This document shows, one piece after another, positions 61,161 through 64,000 of a DNA stretch of 64,000 bases (its first letter is position 1; each line of letters starts with the position of its first letter). The notes beneath the pieces are model-generated. The model saw only the letters and a program-made list of their open reading frames with translations. It ran no database searches and was not told the origin of the DNA. This stretch comes from Atribacterota bacterium (GTDB lineage: Bacteria > Atribacterota > Phoenicimicrobiia > Phoenicimicrobiales > Stramentimicrobiaceae), in contig JAXGNR010000007.1 of NCBI GenBank assembly GCA_040767965.1, positions 96,001 through 160,000 on the forward strand. The letters are read 5' to 3'. Both the position numbers and the translations under genes were made by a program.

Positions 61161-62075
61161 TTATTTGTTTATTCTTTCTGAAATCGCTTTAATATGTTCA
61201 GGAGTTGTTCCACAACATCCTCCAATAATATTAACTTTTAATTTTACAAATTTTTCGGCATAATCAGCCATTTCTTGTGGTGAGGCTGGATAAATAACCT
61301 TCTTGTTTTCTATATAAGGCACTCCTGCATTTGGTTCTACCAGCAAAGGAGCATCAGTCATTTCACGCATTTTATATAATACTTTATAAAGAACTTCTGG
61401 TCCACTTCCACAGTTTGCCCCTACTCCATCAGATCCTTCTTCAAAAAGGCTTTCTACTGCTTTTTCTGGACTAATCCCATAAATCGTTTTTAAGTTATCA
61501 TCAAAAGTCATTGAACTGAATACAACTAAATCACTATGATCTTTTACCGCTTTTAAAGCTATTTTAATCTCATCCAGATTATAAAAAGTTTCCAAAATAA
61601 ATAAATCTACTCCAGCAGATACCAGTTCTTGAACTTGTTTGCTATAACCTTCATAGGCATCTTTATTTGTTAAATCACCACACGGCTCCAGAATCTCTCC
61701 TGTGGGACCAATAGAACCAGCAATAAAAACTGATTTATTATTTTTTGAAATGTAATCATCAGCAGCTTCTTTTGCCAGGATTGCAGCCTGCTGGTTAATC
61801 TCAACTAATCTATGATCCTGTTTAACTTTTTTCAGCTTGACTCCATTTGCTCCAAAAGTATTAGTTAAAATAATGTCTGCACCTGCTTCTAAATAGGATG
61901 TATGAATTTTTTTAATTATATCGGGGTGTTCAATGTTCCATGCTTCCGGACAATCTCCGGATTTTAACCCATTTTTCTGTAACATGGTACCCATAGCTCC
62001 ATCAATAATAAGTATCTTTTCTTTTAGAATTTCCAGAATGCTCTTTTCTTTAACTAATTTCCTTTCATCTATCAT
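61161..62075 (-). CDS. Stand-alone homocysteine S-methyltransferase domain (MetH N-terminal module)
   Basis: DGAMGT, AGADII.TNTF, GANC, PNAG, GGCCGTTP. Confidence 0.9.
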   Translation of the reverse strand: MIDERKLVKEKSILEILKEKILIIDGAMGTMLQKNGLKSGDCPEAWNIEHPDIIKKIHTSYLEAGADIILTNTFGANGVKLKKVKQDHRLVEINQQAAILAKEAADDYISKNNKSVFIAGSIGPTGEILEPCGDLTNKDAYEGYSKQVQELVSAGVDLFILETFYNLDEIKIALKAVKDHSDLVVFSSMTFDDNLKTIYGISPEKAVESLFEEGSDGVGANCGSGPEVLYKVLYKMREMTDAPLLVEPNAGVPYIENKKVIYPASPQEMADYAEKFVKLKVNIIGGCCGTTPEHIKAISERINK

Positions 62076-62091
62076 TAATACCTCCTGGGTT

Positions 62092-62119
62092 AATTAAATA
62101 TTTCCTGAAATATTTAATT
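62092..62119. promoter_or_regulatory. Perfect palindrome, candidate operator
   Basis: AATTAAATATTTC-CT-GAAATATTTAATT, just upstream of the methyltransferase RBS. Confidence 0.45.
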
Positions 62120-62326
62120 TATAAATATACTAATATCATATCATGATTATTTTCTTTTTAAAGTTTATTTCGAAAAATAAGCAAGATTCTAATGTTTATA
62201 TTTTTACAAAACAATTTTTTTAATATAAAAACACAATTAACCAGAAATTAACAATTAATTAATGAAATATTCATAAATATTTTTTATAATTTGATTAAAA
62301 ATAAAAAAGATGAAAGGAGTTTAAAA

Positions 62327-62773
62327 TTGATAACATTTAATAAAACTATTGCTGTGCCTACAAAAAAATATCAAAAAAAAGAAAAGGATATATGTATTGC
62401 TTTAATTGCACATGATGGTAAAAAAGCAGATATGGTTTCTTTTGTAAAGGAAAATGAAGGTTTTTTAAAAAATTATCAACTAATTGCAACCCATTCTACC
62501 GGACAATTGATTAATGAACATACCAGTCTTTCTGTTATTCAAATGCTATCAGGTCCACTGGGAGGAGATCTGCAGATAGGTGGCTTAGTAGCCAGCAAAG
62601 AAGTGAATTTGGTAATATTTTTAAGAGATCCTCTAGCAAAACAGCCTCACGATCCAGATATTGCCGCCCTTATGAAAGTATGTGATATCCACAACATACC
62701 TTTAGCAACTAATTTAAAAACAGCTGACTATTTGCTAAAAGGTTTTTCTTTGTTTATCAATAAAGAGGAGTAA
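62327..62773 (+). CDS. mgsA: Methylglyoxal synthase
   Basis: IALIAHDGKK, SGPLGGD.QI, QPHDPD, NIPLATN. TTG start at 62327 behind AAAGGAG. Confidence 0.93.
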   Translation: MITFNKTIAVPTKKYQKKEKDICIALIAHDGKKADMVSFVKENEGFLKNYQLIATHSTGQLINEHTSLSVIQMLSGPLGGDLQIGGLVASKEVNLVIFLRDPLAKQPHDPDIAALMKVCDIHNIPLATNLKTADYLLKGFSLFINKEE

Positions 62774-62806
62774 ATATAAATCATAAAACTAAAAAGAGGA
62801 CTTCTT

Positions 62807-63466
62807 TTAGGTTAAATAAAATAATATACCAAGAAAATGAGAGATGCTTCCAGCCAGGACAAAGATATGCCAGATTGGATGATGAAAAGGTAATCTTTTC
62901 CATAAATAAAAGACTATCCCAAGAATATAACAACCTCCACCTATCAGCAGCCAGATAAGTAAACCTCGAGGAAGCATTTGAATCATTGGTTTTATAGCAA
63001 CAACAAGAAATGAGCCCATAAATACATAGGACATAACCAGTAATATTTTTAATTTATCCAAAAGAAAAATCGTAACAACTACTCCACTAATTGCCATTAT
63101 CCATGAAGCGCTGAAGAGAATCCATCCCCATACGCCTCGCATTAAAGTCAATGTAATTGGGGTATAAGTCCCTGCAATAAGCAGGTAGATAGCTGAGTGG
63201 TCAAAAATTCTAAAGATTTTCTTTGCTTTCAGGTTCATAACTCCATGATAAAGGGCAGAAGATAAATACAGTAAAATCAAGGTTGCTCCATAGATACTAA
63301 AGCTGACAATCCGCCAGACATCACCTTCTCTGCTGGCAAGCACAATTAATATAATTAGTGCAGCAATACTCAAACCTGCTCCAACGCTGTGAGTAATACT
63401 ATTTGTTATCTCTTCACTATAGCTTTGAATTCTGGAAATATTTATTTTACCTAAATTTTTTATCAT
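62807..63466 (-). CDS. Hemolysin III / PAQR family membrane protein
   Basis: EE..NSITH, S.LYH, DHSAIYLLIAGTYTP, H.IWH.FV. Confidence 0.92.
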   Translation of the reverse strand: MIKNLGKINISRIQSYSEEITNSITHSVGAGLSIAALIILIVLASREGDVWRIVSFSIYGATLILLYLSSALYHGVMNLKAKKIFRIFDHSAIYLLIAGTYTPITLTLMRGVWGWILFSASWIMAISGVVVTIFLLDKLKILLVMSYVFMGSFLVVAIKPMIQMLPRGLLIWLLIGGGCYILGIVFYLWKRLPFHHPIWHIFVLAGSISHFLGILFYLT

Positions 63467-63986
63467 ATTATTGTCCGTTTGGTACTTATTAAAGTTTTTA
63501 AAAATCCTTTAATATAATAATTTTAACATGCTAATTCCTTTCTTGCAAAGATAATATATAAAATTACATGCTTATAAAACATAGGAAATGAATAATATTA
63601 ATAAGATGAAGAAGCTGTATCCTATTTTCTATAAAAGTAAGGAGGAAACAATATAGATAAATTTCCACTTAAACAGAAATGTCGATAAATGTCAATAATC
63701 TCCCTTTATACCTTTAATTTTAGTTATTTCAAAAAAATATTTTTCCATTTTTTGTATTTCGCCCTCTTTTTTGCTTTTACATTATAGAAACCAAATTCGT
63801 TTCTGGTATTCAGTATCTAGCATTGAGTATAAAGTAGATAGAAAAAATATGCCTACATAATTGAAACTCAAAATACTTTAACATACACAATAATCATATA
63901 TTGCAAAAATGTACATAGGATTCTTCTTTACATAATACTACATACTAAATACTGAATACTATTTTAAAAAAAAAGGAGGTGAAAAA

Positions 63987-64000
63987 ATGTCTGTTTTAGT
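63987..64000 (+). CDS. Start of a gene running off the window edge
   Basis: AAGGAGGTGA then ATG at 63987. Confidence 0.55.

Noticed and set aside
1-64000. CRISPR arrays, tRNA/rRNA genes, prophage or defence systems
   Set aside because: No regularly spaced repeats, cloverleaf or rRNA-like segments, or phage/defence protein motifs were seen by eye.

Overview
A 64 kb, AT-rich, mostly housekeeping region of an anaerobic bacterium. Gene content and style would fit Atribacterota/JS1 or a similar lineage; this is inference only. Most genes lie on the minus strand. It encodes a TctC/Bug binding protein with a 1-nt frameshift in its signal peptide, a MacAB-like ABC exporter, MarR plus MATE, glutamate dehydrogenase, a transketolase/2-hydroxyacid dehydrogenase/FGGY kinase cluster, and an alpha-glucoside ABC system facing a fused trehalose-6-P synthase/phosphatase. 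Further along are an hdrC-hdrB-fdhF operon, a DUF4384/PEGA surface protein, HU, a complete ISLre2-type IS, trkAH, a pur operon with two tandem purL paralogues, and a RACE activator with a stand-alone homocysteine methyltransferase. The best signals are mostly non-coding. (1) A tandem guanine + PRPP (ykkC 2b) riboswitch precedes purE. (2) A second ykkC-family aptamer lacking the PRPP-specifying G, predicted ppGpp-type, precedes gdh. (3) An unexplained promoter-leader-terminator unit precedes trkAH. (4) Start-less Shine-Dalgarno sequences recur in several 5' leaders. On the protein side, the divergent second PurL and the HdrA-less HdrCB-formate dehydrogenase operon are the best candidates for undescribed biochemistry. 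No rRNA, tRNA or CRISPR array was seen. All calls come from reading the sequence by eye; no searches were run.
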